From Desulfobulbaceae bacterium (lineage in GTDB: Bacteria; Desulfobacterota; Desulfobulbia; Desulfobulbales; Desulfurivibrionaceae): DNA of 64,000 nucleotides. Shown here one piece after another: positions 1 to 8,415 of the stretch. Below the pieces are notes generated by a model. That model did no database searches, had not been told where the DNA came from, and saw only the letters and a program-made list of their open reading frames with translations. The stretch covers positions 19,526 through 83,525 of the forward strand of contig DOZO01000041.1 of assembly GCA_003517965.1 (NCBI GenBank). The letters are read 5' to 3'. Made by a program: the position numbers and the translations under genes. The stretch's first letter is position 1. Each line of letters begins with the position of its first letter.

Positions 1-1
1 T

Positions 2-340
2 TTGCATCTTGCTCCAGAAGAACGGAATTGGGTGGCAATCTCTTCCACCCGTGGCGCGCTCGGGCCGATCTGTTTCGGCGACCATTACTTGCCGGTGCCG
101 GATTGGATCATCGTTGATCTGCAGGCTAAAGAAGATGGGCGCGGAGCGGTTTCGCTCGCGGAACTACAGAAAAAAGAGCTGACTCCTGGCGTTGCAGTCG
201 CGGTGCGGCTTGATGATGATACCTCGACCCAGGGCCTGTTTTACTCGTTTTCTGGTCAGGATAATGTTGTGGTGCTTTTGAATTTTCTCAATCGCCAGGT
301 AAAGGCCACGCTGCCTGTGGACAGGGTGCAGCGGCAATAA
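2..340 (+). CDS. rfaH: RfaH/NusG-paralogue transcription antiterminator (5'-partial)
   Basis: End of an NGN domain (W..ISSTRG...I.FG....PVP..II..L) plus a KOW-like C-terminus (GLF......NVVVLLNFLNRQVKATLP). It lies directly upstream of an ops-like site and a polysaccharide operon. Confidence 0.8.
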   Translation: MHLAPEERNWVAISSTRGALGPICFGDHYLPVPDWIIVDLQAKEDGRGAVSLAELQKKELTPGVAVAVRLDDDTSTQGLFYSFSGQDNVVVLLNFLNRQVKATLPVDRVQRQ

Positions 341-419
341 GCTGTTCAGGCGGTGTTGGCTTTTTTTGGTTAACGCCCTGTTTTTGTTGGCCAACGGTTG
401 AACAGGTGTTCACCCGCAT

Positions 420-431
420 GGCGGTAGCATG
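420..431 (+). promoter_or_regulatory. ops-like element (RfaH loading site)
   Basis: GGCGGTAGCATG matches the ops consensus GGCGGTAGnnTG. It sits in the leader between rfaH and gmd, within the hairpin GCATG-GCGGTAG-CATGC, which is followed by CTTTTT. Confidence 0.8.
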
Positions 432-440
432 CCTTTTTAT

Positions 441-483
441 CCCCGCGCCCTCTGGGAGAGGGTAGCCGAAGGCCGGGTGAGGG
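441..483. repeat. REP-like palindromic repeat, intergenic copy (CCCTCTGGGAGAGGG...GGGTGAGGG family)
   Basis: CCCCGCGCCCTCTGGGAGAGGGTAGCCGAAGGCCGGGTGAGGG. A related copy is at 1391-1430. Confidence 0.65.
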
Positions 484-524
484 CAACATTGAGACCAGAT
501 AGCCGCATAAAGGAAATTATTGAA

Positions 525-1649
525 ATGAGCCAAACAAAAAAAGTTGCATTAATCACCGGCGTCACCGGTCAGGATGGAGCGTATCTTGCCGAGTTTCTCT
601 TGAAAAAAGGTTATGAGGTGCATGGTCTTAAACGCCGTACCTCGCTTTTTAATACGGATCGCATCGACCACCTCTACCAGGATCCGCATGAGAAAAAGCG
701 TCGTTTTTTTCTGCACCACGGAGACATGACCGACTCCAGCAGCCTGGTCCGCATCATCCAGCAAGTGCAGCCGGATGAGATTTACAACCTGGCGGCGCAA
801 AGCCATGTCGCGGTATCGTTTGAGGAGCCGGAATATACCGCCAATTCCGATGCCCTGGGCACGCTCCGGGTGCTGGAAGCGATCCGCATCCTTGGCCTCG
901 AAAAAAAGACCCGCTTTTATCAGGCCTCCACCTCAGAACTTTACGGTCTGGTGCAGGAAACTCCGCAAAAAGAAACCACCCCTTTTTATCCCCGCTCGCC
1001 TTATGCGGTTGCTAAACTCTATGCCTACTGGATCACGGTCAATTATCGCGAAGCCTATGGCATGTATGCCTGCAACGGCATTCTTTTTAATCACGAATCC
1101 CCGGTTCGGGGTGAAACCTTTGTCACTCGTAAGATCACCCGCGCCTTGGCCCGGATAAAACTTGGCTTGCAGGATTGTCTCTATCTCGGCAATCTGGATG
1201 CCAAGCGCGATTGGGGCCACGCCAGGGATTACGTCGAAATGCAGTGGCTGATGCTGCAGCAGGACAAGCCAGAGGATTTCGTCATCGCCAGCGGCGTGCA
1301 GTACAGCGTGCGCGATTTTGTCAATGCCGCCGCCAAGGAACTGGGTATGAGCATCCACTGGGAAGGCACAGGGTTGGATGAAAAAGGATTCTTCCCCTCT
1401 ACCTCTGGGAGAGGGGAAGGAGGTGAGGGTGGCAAGTGCATCGTTGCCGTTGACCCGCGCTACTTTCGCCCCACCGAAGTTGAAACCTTGTTGGGTGATC
1501 CCAGCAAGGCAAAAGAGAAACTCGGCTGGACACCCAAAATTACCTTTGCTGAACTGGTGGCAGAAATGGTGCATGAAGATTTATTGGCTGCTGAGCGAGA
1601 TGAACTGGTTAAAAAGCACGGTTATGCTGTCCTGAATTGTCACGAGTAG
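525..1649 (+). CDS. gmd: GDP-mannose 4,6-dehydratase
   Basis: [57 protein letters not shown]. Start moved to ATG 525, after AAGGA. Confidence 0.97.
   Translation: MSQTKKVALITGVTGQDGAYLAEFLLKKGYEVHGLKRRTSLFNTDRIDHLYQDPHEKKRRFFLHHGDMTDSSSLVRIIQQVQPDEIYNLAAQSHVAVSFEEPEYTANSDALGTLRVLEAIRILGLEKKTRFYQASTSELYGLVQETPQKETTPFYPRSPYAVAKLYAYWITVNYREAYGMYACNGILFNHESPVRGETFVTRKITRALARIKLGLQDCLYLGNLDAKRDWGHARDYVEMQWLMLQQDKPEDFVIASGVQYSVRDFVNAAAKELGMSIHWEGTGLDEKGFFPSTSGRGEGGEGGKCIVAVDPRYFRPTEVETLLGDPSKAKEKLGWTPKITFAELVAEMVHEDLLAAERDELVKKHGYAVLNCHE
1391..1430. repeat. REP-like palindrome inserted in-frame in gmd
   Basis: CTTCCCCTCTACC-TCT-GGGAGAGGGGAAG hairpin followed by GAGGTGAGGG, encoding [13 protein letters not shown]. 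Confidence 0.7.
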
Positions 1650-1656
1650 AGATTAG

Positions 1657-2766
1657 ATGAAGCTGCAGGATAAAATTTACATTGCCGGTCATCGTGGACT
1701 GGTCGGTTCGGCCTTTATTCGTCGTTTGAAATCAGGTGGATATATTAACCTGCTTACACGTTCACATGCGGAACTCGACCTGACCAATCAGACCGCTACG
1801 GAAGCTTTTTTCGAGCGAGAAAAACCCGATTACGTCTTGCTTGCCGCTGCCAAAGTGGGCGGCATCCATGCCAACGCCACCTATCCGGCTGAATTCATCT
1901 ACACCAACCTCGTTATCCAGACTAACGTCATTCATGCCGCGTGGAGATATGGTGTGAAACGTCTGTTGTTCCTTGGCTCTTCCTGCATTTACCCGCGCGA
2001 CTGCCCACAGCCGATGAAGGAAGAATACCTCCTCACCGGTCCGCTGGAGCCCACTAATCGTCCCTACGCCCTGGCCAAGATTGCCGGCATTGAAATGTGC
2101 TGGGCCTATAACCGGCAATACGGCACCAGGTTTATGACGGTCATGCCCACAAATCTCTATGGTCAGAATGACAACTATGATCTGAACAATTCTCATGTAC
2201 TGCCCGCCATGATCCGTAAACTTCATCTGGCTAAACTTGCGCAAACGGGCGATCTCGATGGTATCAACCGGGACGAAGCCATCCACGGCCCTATCCCGAC
2301 CGACTTGAAAGTTTCTCTGTTTGAGGCTTGCAACTTGAGTCTTGTGCCTCATCCCTTGTCGCGTGAATCTGAAGTAGTTTTATGGGGTACTGGCATGCCG
2401 CGTCGTGAGTTTCTCTATAGCGATGATATGGCGGAAGCCTGCCTGTATTTGCTGGAGCAGCCGGAAGAAAAGTTGCAGCCGCTGTTCAGCAATAAACAAC
2501 CGCCGCTGGTAAACGTGGGTTGCGGAGAAGACTTGACCATCTGTGAGTTAGCGGAGTTGATCCGGGATGTTGTTGGCTTTACCGGCAGACTTACTTTTGA
2601 TGCTGCCAAACCGGATGGGACGATGCAAAAGTTGCTGGAGGTGAGCAAGCTGAGGCAACTGGGCTGGAAGGCGAAGACCTCTTTGCGGGATGGTATTGTC
2701 TTGGCTTATGAAGGATACCTGAAAAAGTCCGCCATTATCGCCTCAAGTAAGCATGGTCTGTTTTGA
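1657..2766 (+). CDS. fcl: GDP-L-fucose synthase (with internal insert)
   Basis: [66 protein letters not shown]. Confidence 0.95.
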   Translation: MKLQDKIYIAGHRGLVGSAFIRRLKSGGYINLLTRSHAELDLTNQTATEAFFEREKPDYVLLAAAKVGGIHANATYPAEFIYTNLVIQTNVIHAAWRYGVKRLLFLGSSCIYPRDCPQPMKEEYLLTGPLEPTNRPYALAKIAGIEMCWAYNRQYGTRFMTVMPTNLYGQNDNYDLNNSHVLPAMIRKLHLAKLAQTGDLDGINRDEAIHGPIPTDLKVSLFEACNLSLVPHPLSRESEVVLWGTGMPRREFLYSDDMAEACLYLLEQPEEKLQPLFSNKQPPLVNVGCGEDLTICELAELIRDVVGFTGRLTFDAAKPDGTMQKLLEVSKLRQLGWKAKTSLRDGIVLAYEGYLKKSAIIASSKHGLF

Positions 2767-3039
2767 AGAGCTTGCTGTTGGGGAAAAATATGCAAGGTTG
2801 AGTGCTGTTGTGTACCATTCGCAACCGAAGCAAATGAACCCCAAACCTTGCCCCTTGACCCTCAATAAAGAGAAAAAGCATATGATCAGCCGGCTATTCA
2901 GTCAAAAAGGCCTGTGCAACCGAGGCGGATGCGGGTGTTGGTCTTGAGTGTTGTGCTGGGTGGGTAGATAGCTTGGTCAGACCCCAACTGCAAATGCGCC
3001 AAATGCAAAACCCACTCATCGTTCAAAGCTTTGGTTGCT

Positions 3040-3291
3040 ATGGAATTTAATAAGAATTTATTCTGGGATGTTCAAGTTGAGACCCTTGACCTTGAAAAGC
3101 ATGCCCGTTTTATTATCGAAAGGGTTGTTTCCAGGGGCAATCGGCAAGATTGGCAACTGCTCAAGAGGGTTTATGGAAAAGAAAGAATCAGGGATGAGGC
3201 GGTGAGGATACGATCACTGGACAAGAAGACCGTCAGCTTTTTAAGTGTCTATTTGGGATTGGAGAAAGCCGAATTCCGATGCTGCAGTTAA
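3040..3291 (+). CDS. DUF6922-like small protein (putative antitoxin partner of AbiEii)
   Basis: LFWDV....LD.EKHARFIIERVV.RG...DW..L...YG pattern. Overlaps the start of the downstream nucleotidyltransferase. Confidence 0.75.
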   Translation: MEFNKNLFWDVQVETLDLEKHARFIIERVVSRGNRQDWQLLKRVYGKERIRDEAVRIRSLDKKTVSFLSVYLGLEKAEFRCCS

Positions 3292-3911
3292 AGACTATCC
3301 ACCCGGAAACCTTTGAGTTGCTCAGGAAGCTGACGGCCGAAAAAGAGCTCGATTTTTTTGCCCTTGCCGGCGGTACTGCCCTCGCCCTGCAGATGGGTCA
3401 CAGAATCTCCATTGATCTGGATTTTTTGATTGATCAGGAATTTGACTCCTGGGGCCTGTTCGAGAGATTGAGACCATCTTTCGAAATTGACGACATATCC
3501 TCCGCGGTTAATTCGCTGTCCATGTTTATAAAGATCCGGGGATCATCGGTAAAAACCGATTTTATCCGGCACAACTATCCGAGATTGAGACCTTTGATCA
3601 TCGTAGAAGGAATCCGCCTTTTTTCGCTTGAAGATATCGCAGCCATGAAGCTCAATGCGGTTGCAAATCGAGGTGCGAAAAAGGATTTCTACGACATCCA
3701 TACCCTGCTTTCCCGCTTTTCATTGCCGGAGCTCCTTGCCTTCTTTGAGGAAAAATATCAAAAACACAACAGCTTCACGGTCACCAAAAGTCTGGCCTAT
3801 TTTGATGACGCTGATCTGGAGCCGGATCCCAGGAGTCTTATTGGGCTGACCTGGCAAGAAATAAAGGCGGACCTGCAACAGAAGTTGCGAGCGACTAGCG
3901 ATGAGCAATGA
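3279..3911 (+). CDS. AbiEii/AbiGii-family nucleotidyltransferase toxin (type IV TA-like)
   Basis: FALAGGTALALQMGHRISIDLDF, DIAAMKL.A...RG.KKDFYDI, KSL.YF.DA. Confidence 0.85.
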   Translation: MLQLKTIHPETFELLRKLTAEKELDFFALAGGTALALQMGHRISIDLDFLIDQEFDSWGLFERLRPSFEIDDISSAVNSLSMFIKIRGSSVKTDFIRHNYPRLRPLIIVEGIRLFSLEDIAAMKLNAVANRGAKKDFYDIHTLLSRFSLPELLAFFEEKYQKHNSFTVTKSLAYFDDADLEPDPRSLIGLTWQEIKADLQQKLRATSDEQ

Positions 3912-3935
3912 GCTACGAGCAGTATCTCATCGCTA
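3887..3935. repeat. Degenerate heptamer tandem repeat with inverted partner
   Basis: GCGAGCG-ACTAGCG-ATGAGCA-ATGAGCT-ACGAGCA. TAGCGATGAG (3896-3905) pairs with CTCATCGCTA (3926-3935). Confidence 0.55.
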
Positions 3936-4124
3936 CAAAAAAACTCATGCCAAAACCCAATGAGCAGGGTAGAGACCGTGTGTTCAATAGATGAACAGAA
4001 GGGCAATTCCTTAGATTGTAAGTTGCCGTCCCCTGCTTGTTATCGATTTTAAGCTGGAGGTTTTGAGTTACTTAATTTCTTTGGAGCGTCCCGGAACACC
4101 AACTCCACGGAACCCCAAACAACC

Positions 4125-4153
4125 TTGCGTTGGTCTCTATTTTGATCTATATT
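4125..4153 (+). promoter_or_regulatory. Putative sigma70 promoter of the Phd-RelE module
   Basis: TTGCGT-17 bp-TATATT, ~35 bp upstream of the ATG, which has an AAGGGGG SD. Confidence 0.5.
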
Positions 4154-4188
4154 TAAGCCAATAGGCAGATTAATTTAAGGGGGTTACC

Positions 4189-4479
4189 ATGAAAACTATT
4201 TCAATCAGTAATGATATTGTCCCGATTGCGGAGTTTAAAACAAATATTTCCAAATGGTTCAAGACTCTTCAGGTATCTGGGCATCCTCTCATTATTACTC
4301 AAAACAGCAAACCAGCTGGGGTATTGTTGTCAGCTTCGGATTACGATGAATTGGTATACCGTAAATCATTTCTTGATTCTGTCGAAAGGGGTATAGCAGA
4401 TGCAGAAGACGGGCGAATCCAAACAACTGATGAACTGCGAAAATTTCTGAAAGAACGAAGAAGCATGTCTTCCTCATGA
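4189..4479 (+). CDS. Phd/YefM-family antitoxin
   Basis: DIVPIAEFK......F........PLIITQN.KPAGVLLS...YD. ATGA overlap with the toxin. Confidence 0.9.
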   Translation: MKTISISNDIVPIAEFKTNISKWFKTLQVSGHPLIITQNSKPAGVLLSASDYDELVYRKSFLDSVERGIADAEDGRIQTTDELRKFLKERRSMSSS

Positions 4480-4763
4480 TAATAACATGGTCACGAGAAG
4501 CCAGTGAAAATCTGGTTGAGATCGAGGATTTTATCGCACGTGACAGCCGGGAGCGCGCTGTTCGGTTTGTTGATTCCCTGATCGACCATGTTGAGACAAT
4601 TTTGGCAGATAACCCGAGAAGCGGAAGAGGCGTGCCGGAAATAAGCAATCTCAATATGCGAGAGCTTATTTACCGAGGATACCGCATTGTGTATAGATTC
4701 AAGGGGGATATCTTAGAAATACTTACCGTTTTTGAAAGACATCGACAATTAAGGCTAAGTTAA
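4476..4763 (+). CDS. RelE/ParE-family toxin
   Basis: I.WSREA..NL.EI..FIA.DS...A, P.SGR.VPE, RELI...YRIVYR, ILTVFE. Confidence 0.9.
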   Translation: MIITWSREASENLVEIEDFIARDSRERAVRFVDSLIDHVETILADNPRSGRGVPEISNLNMRELIYRGYRIVYRFKGDILEILTVFERHRQLRLS

Positions 4764-4927
4764 TCTTGCGAATAGCAAAAGTCAAAGGGATGCATTCAAG
4801 CCGAACAGATTGAGGCATCCCCTCCTGATTTTCAAGAATTGTTTGAAGTTCCTCCCGCTCAAGCATGTGGGAGAAGCCCTATGCCCAATAGAAAAATAGC
4901 AAACAACGTTACCCAGATGAGCCCCGA

Positions 4928-5003
4928 AAGTCGGGAATTGCTGAAAATGAGTCATGTTAACAAAGGGAGAAAGGCTGACCTACCGAATTTTTTAGGAGCG
5001 TCT
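4928..5003 (+). repeat. 76-bp dispersed repeat, copy 1
   Basis: 67/76 identical by manual alignment to 8229-8304. The 3' 22 bp of copy 2 also recur at 4069-4090 (21/22). Confidence 0.85.
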
Positions 5004-5082
5004 CCTTTGATGCCTTTTACACGAATGTCCCCCCCGGGAACGACACGTAAAACGTGGTATGTCCTTGATTGTTCCAATAATT

Positions 5083-5101
5083 GTTGGCAATCTTTGTCAA
5101 C
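5083..5101. promoter_or_regulatory. Putative ParD operator palindrome
   Basis: GTTGGCAA-TCT-TTGTCAAC (one mismatch), ~30 bp upstream of the RHH antitoxin start. Confidence 0.5.
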
Positions 5102-5131
5102 TCATGGCATTGTGGTTGCGGAGGTACTTAT

Positions 5132-5392
5132 ATGACCACAATGAATGTTTCTCTTCCCGACCAGATGAAACGCTGGGTCGAGGTACAGGCTCATACCGGG
5201 CGCTACAGCAATGCCAGCGATTATGTTCGCGACCTTATCCGCAGAGACCAGGAGCAGACCGTCAAGATTGTTGAAATGCAGAGGCTGGTAAGCGAAGGCC
5301 TGGGAAGCGGCATCAGCGATCAGTCTATGGTTGCCATCCTAAATTTCTTCCGCTTGCAAGCGGAAGCGAAAAAGCAGGATCATGGCCTATAG
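5132..5392 (+). CDS. parD: ParD-type ribbon-helix-helix antitoxin
   Basis: MTTMNVSLPD.MK.WVE.Q...GRYSNASDYVRDLIRRDQE. GGAGG SD upstream of ATG 5132. Confidence 0.9.
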   Translation: MTTMNVSLPDQMKRWVEVQAHTGRYSNASDYVRDLIRRDQEQTVKIVEMQRLVSEGLGSGISDQSMVAILNFFRLQAEAKKQDHGL

Positions 5393-5678
5393 ACTGACGC
5401 GCAAGGCCGCTGAAGATATCAGCGCCCTCTTCAGCGAAGGTGCCCGCAAGTTTGGCTTCGGTCAAGCAGAAAAGTATCATGCCGGATTGGATGGGATCTT
5501 TCAGCTCATTTCCGACAATCCCGAATTAGCCAGAAATCGTTTGGAAATCTCTCCTCCCGTTCGTGTTTATCCCTACGGCTCGCATCTGATTATTTATCTT
5601 GTCGAAGGAAATCGGGATGTGCTGATCGTGCGGGTTCGCTACGGACACGAAGACTGGCTGGCCTCGGATCAGTCTTAA
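5382..5678 (+). CDS. parE: ParE-family toxin
   Basis: MAYRLTRKA.EDI.......R.FG..QA..Y, P.LAR.R.EI.PPVRV.P..SH.IIY, VLIVRVR.G.EDW. Confidence 0.9.
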   Translation: MAYRLTRKAAEDISALFSEGARKFGFGQAEKYHAGLDGIFQLISDNPELARNRLEISPPVRVYPYGSHLIIYLVEGNRDVLIVRVRYGHEDWLASDQS

Positions 5679-5816
5679 AGTGGCGTCTGATAAATTTCCG
5701 TTTCCCCCCCGGTGACCCCATCCTGGCCCTCCGAAACTCCCTCGGCGATAGTTCGGTATGATGTCCCCCAGAACTCTCCGAGACCCATGAAGCCCGCGAA
5801 CATATCACGTTTGTAA

Positions 5817-5845
5817 TTGAAATTATCATGATAATTTAATATAGT
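5817..5845 (+). promoter_or_regulatory. sigma70 promoter overlapped by a perfect 18-bp palindrome
   Basis: TTGAAA-17-TATAGT; AAATTATCATGATAATTT at 5820-5837. Confidence 0.6.
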
Positions 5846-5876
5846 GTTCCGAAAATATCTGTGAGGGTATGAAAAA

Positions 5877-7025
5877 ATGATCCCCCGGCGGTTGACATTG
5901 CCCCATCCAGGAGAAGAGACTTTTTTCCTCTGGGGGCCCCGTCAGACAGGCAAGACAACCCTTTTGCGTGAGAGATATCCCGACGCGTTCTGGGTCGATC
6001 TGCTGAAGGCCGAGGAATACCGGCGTTACCTTGAACGTCCTGAATTGCTCCGTGAAGAGCTCCGGGCCTATGAAAGCCCGCCGTTTGTGGTTATCGATGA
6101 GGTGCAGAAAGTACCGGCACTGCTGGACGAGGTGCAATGGCTCCATGAGAATCGCCGGGTGCGCTTTGCCCTGGCTGGCTCCAGCGCGAGAAAGGTGCGG
6201 CGCGGCCATGCCAACCTGCTCGGCGGCAGGGCTATTCGCTATGAGCTGCAGGGATTTGTTTCCATGGAATTAGGGGCGCAGTGGGATTTCGGGCGGATGC
6301 TCAATCATGGCTATCTGCCCAGTATCTATCTCGCCTCCGACCCCAAGAGGCGCTTGAATGCGTATGTGGCTGATTACCTAAAAGAAGAAATAGCCGCCGA
6401 GGGACTCGTCCGCAACCTGCCTGTGTTTTCAGGCTTTCTCAATCTCGCCTCGCTTTCCGATACGGAGCTGGTCAACTATTCCACCATTGCCCGGGATTGT
6501 GGAGTTTCCAGCCAGACCATCAAACAATATTTCACCATCCTGGAAGATACCTTGTTGGGCAAGTGGTTGCCCGCCTACCGAAAACGCCCCAAGAGAAGAG
6601 TGATCGGTGCACCGAAATTTTATTTTTCCGATGTAGGTGTGGTGAATTTTCTTGCCAAGCGGGGGAGCTTGGAGCCGGGTTCGGAGCTGTATGGTAAAGC
6701 TTTTGAAAATTGGTGTTTCCATGAGCTCAGTGCCTACAACCTGTATAGCGAATCTTTTGCCGAGCTGAGTTACTGGCGTCTGGCAAGCGGGCTTGAGGTG
6801 GATTTTGTTGTCAACGACTTGGCCGTGGTAATTGAAGCAAAGTCATCGGCAAAGATTACCACCGACCACCTGAAGGGAATCCGGGCTATAAAAGAAGACC
6901 AACCAGAGGTGGGTCGCGCCATCGTCGTCTGCCTGGAGTCAAGGCCGCGACAGACAGAGGATGGCATTGACATTCTGCCTGTGGAAACATTTTGCAACAT
7001 GTTATGGTCCGGAGAATTGTTTTAA
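5877..7025 (+). CDS. AAA_14 ATPase with C-terminal DUF4143 / PD-(D/E)XK-like domain
   Basis: Walker A GPRQTGKTT, Walker B VVIDEVQK, GSSARK, LLGGRA, PKFYFSDVG, FEN, YWR...GLEVDFV...IEAK. Confidence 0.9.
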   Translation: MIPRRLTLPHPGEETFFLWGPRQTGKTTLLRERYPDAFWVDLLKAEEYRRYLERPELLREELRAYESPPFVVIDEVQKVPALLDEVQWLHENRRVRFALAGSSARKVRRGHANLLGGRAIRYELQGFVSMELGAQWDFGRMLNHGYLPSIYLASDPKRRLNAYVADYLKEEIAAEGLVRNLPVFSGFLNLASLSDTELVNYSTIARDCGVSSQTIKQYFTILEDTLLGKWLPAYRKRPKRRVIGAPKFYFSDVGVVNFLAKRGSLEPGSELYGKAFENWCFHELSAYNLYSESFAELSYWRLASGLEVDFVVNDLAVVIEAKSSAKITTDHLKGIRAIKEDQPEVGRAIVVCLESRPRQTEDGIDILPVETFCNMLWSGELF

Positions 7026-7122
7026 CCTGACAAGACTGATTTAAATTAGCAAGATAGCAAGCAGCGTTCCCTTCTCTCCCCTTGTCACGTTGGCATGGTA
7101 AATGACTTGCTACTCAGTACAA

Positions 7123-7143
7123 TTGTATGATATGAGCATACAA
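7123..7143. promoter_or_regulatory. Putative operator inverted repeat of the wHTH-MNT gene
   Basis: TTGTATG-7-CATACAA immediately before ATG 7145. Confidence 0.45.
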
Positions 7144-7144
7144 C

Positions 7145-7732
7145 ATGAGCATATTATCTGAATTCCTCTCATCAAAAGTCCGAGCGGAACTATTGCGACT
7201 TCTTTTTGGGGCAAATAATTCGGAGTTACACATGCGCGAGATGGCAAGGCAGGCGGGCTGTGCTATCGGCACTATGCAAACCGAATTGGCGAGGTTGCGC
7301 CGCTTGGATTTGATTTTGCCCAGAAAAGATGGCAACCGCACCTATTACCGTGCCAATATTGGACATCCTTTATATTCCGAAATTCACGGCTTGGTTCTTA
7401 AAACTGTGGGGCTTGTTGACGTCTTGCGGCAGGCATTGGGGAAAAGTCCCGACATCAAATTTGCCTTTGTGTTCGGTTCCATAGCCAGGAATGAGGAAAC
7501 GGCAGGCAGTGATATTGATCTGCTGGTTATTGGCAGGCTTGGTCTGCGGGATTTAGTGGGACTGTTGACTGGGGTGTCAGAGCAGCTTGGCAGAGAAATT
7601 AACCCCCATGTCATGAGTGTTGAAGATTTAATCGCCCGCAAAGTCGACGATGATCATTTTATTACCCATGTTGTTGCTTCACGTAAAATATTCATTATTG
7701 GGAATCAGGATGAGTTTGAAACAATGGGCTGA
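7145..7732 (+). CDS. wHTH-fused minimal nucleotidyltransferase (MNT antitoxin-like)
   Basis: N-terminal wHTH (LH.REMARQAG...GT.Q.EL..L); AFVFGSIAR.E....SDIDLLVIG; LGREINP. Confidence 0.85.
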   Translation: MSILSEFLSSKVRAELLRLLFGANNSELHMREMARQAGCAIGTMQTELARLRRLDLILPRKDGNRTYYRANIGHPLYSEIHGLVLKTVGLVDVLRQALGKSPDIKFAFVFGSIARNEETAGSDIDLLVIGRLGLRDLVGLLTGVSEQLGREINPHVMSVEDLIARKVDDDHFITHVVASRKIFIIGNQDEFETMG

Positions 7733-8152
7733 TAATGGATGGCTTCGCCAACATGTGACGAGTCCAGAGGAAATCGACAACCTACTGAAGATTGTCGATC
7801 GGGATTTGAAGGATGCCAAGGAAGGCGGTGTTTCCAACGACTGGCAGTTTGGTATTGCCTATAATGCCGCGCTCAAACTTTGTGCTATTCTCTATACGCT
7901 GAAGGATACAAGGCCGAACGCACCTTGCAGCACTATCGAACTATTCAGGCTTTGCCGATAATTTTGGGGAAAGCCAGGAACCCAGACGCTCAATATATGG
8001 ATACGTGTCGTGCCAAAAGAAATATTGCCGAATATGACCAAATTGGTGTCGTAAGCAAAGGGGAGGCAGATGAGTTGATTGCGTTTGTGGAAGAATTGCG
8101 GCAGGTTGTACTGCCATGGCTTAGAGACAATCATCCTAATTTGTTGGATTGA
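7710..8152 (+). pseudogene. HEPN-domain toxin-like gene, frameshifted near 7893
   Basis: MSLKQWADNGWL...IAYNAALKLCAIL continues in another frame as YAEGYKAERTLQHYRTIQAL...CRAKRNIAEYD (RN...Y HEPN-like motif). One base appears to be missing at ATT CTC TA TAC. Confidence 0.75.
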
Positions 8153-8228
8153 CCAATCTCTTGATTTTATATCGGGAGTTATTGATACTGTCCCCGGAAC
8201 TCGTTCCACGGGATGATAGAATGTCCGG

Positions 8229-8304
8229 AAGTCGGGAATTGCTAAAAATGAGTCATGTCAACAAACGAAGCAAGGCTGACGTACTTAATTTCTTAGGAGC
8301 GTCT
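8229..8304 (+). repeat. 76-bp dispersed repeat, copy 2
   Basis: Match to 4928-5003. Ends GGAGCGTCT just before a truncated gene. Confidence 0.85.
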
Positions 8305-8307
8305 GGA

Positions 8308-8415
8308 GTAACCAAACGTTTCCTCACGCGCAAGCTGGCCGAATACGAAGATCCCCAGCAACAGATCGCCGAACTGGAAGCCGATTTAGCCCAACTTGAC
8401 AACTTGGAAGCCTGA
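8308..8415 (+). pseudogene. 3' remnant of an EPS-associated MarR-family regulator
   Basis: VTKRFLTRKLAEYED.QQQIAELE resembles, from recall, the C-terminal helix (T..FL.RK..EYE.L..EI..L) of EPS-locus MarR proteins. No N-terminus is present. Confidence 0.6.

Noticed and set aside
429-524. N-terminal extension of Gmd (and similar ORF-track extensions at 8396, 25530, 27511, 30790, 46424, 53688)
   Set aside because: They translate leader, repeat or upstream-gene sequence. Downstream starts fit family N-termini, SD sites or stop/start overlaps better.
4839-5135. ORFs 4839-5135 and 8149-8415 sharing SRELLKMSHVNK as a protein family
   Set aside because: The shared peptide is only the translation of the 76-bp repeat and the flanks are unrelated.
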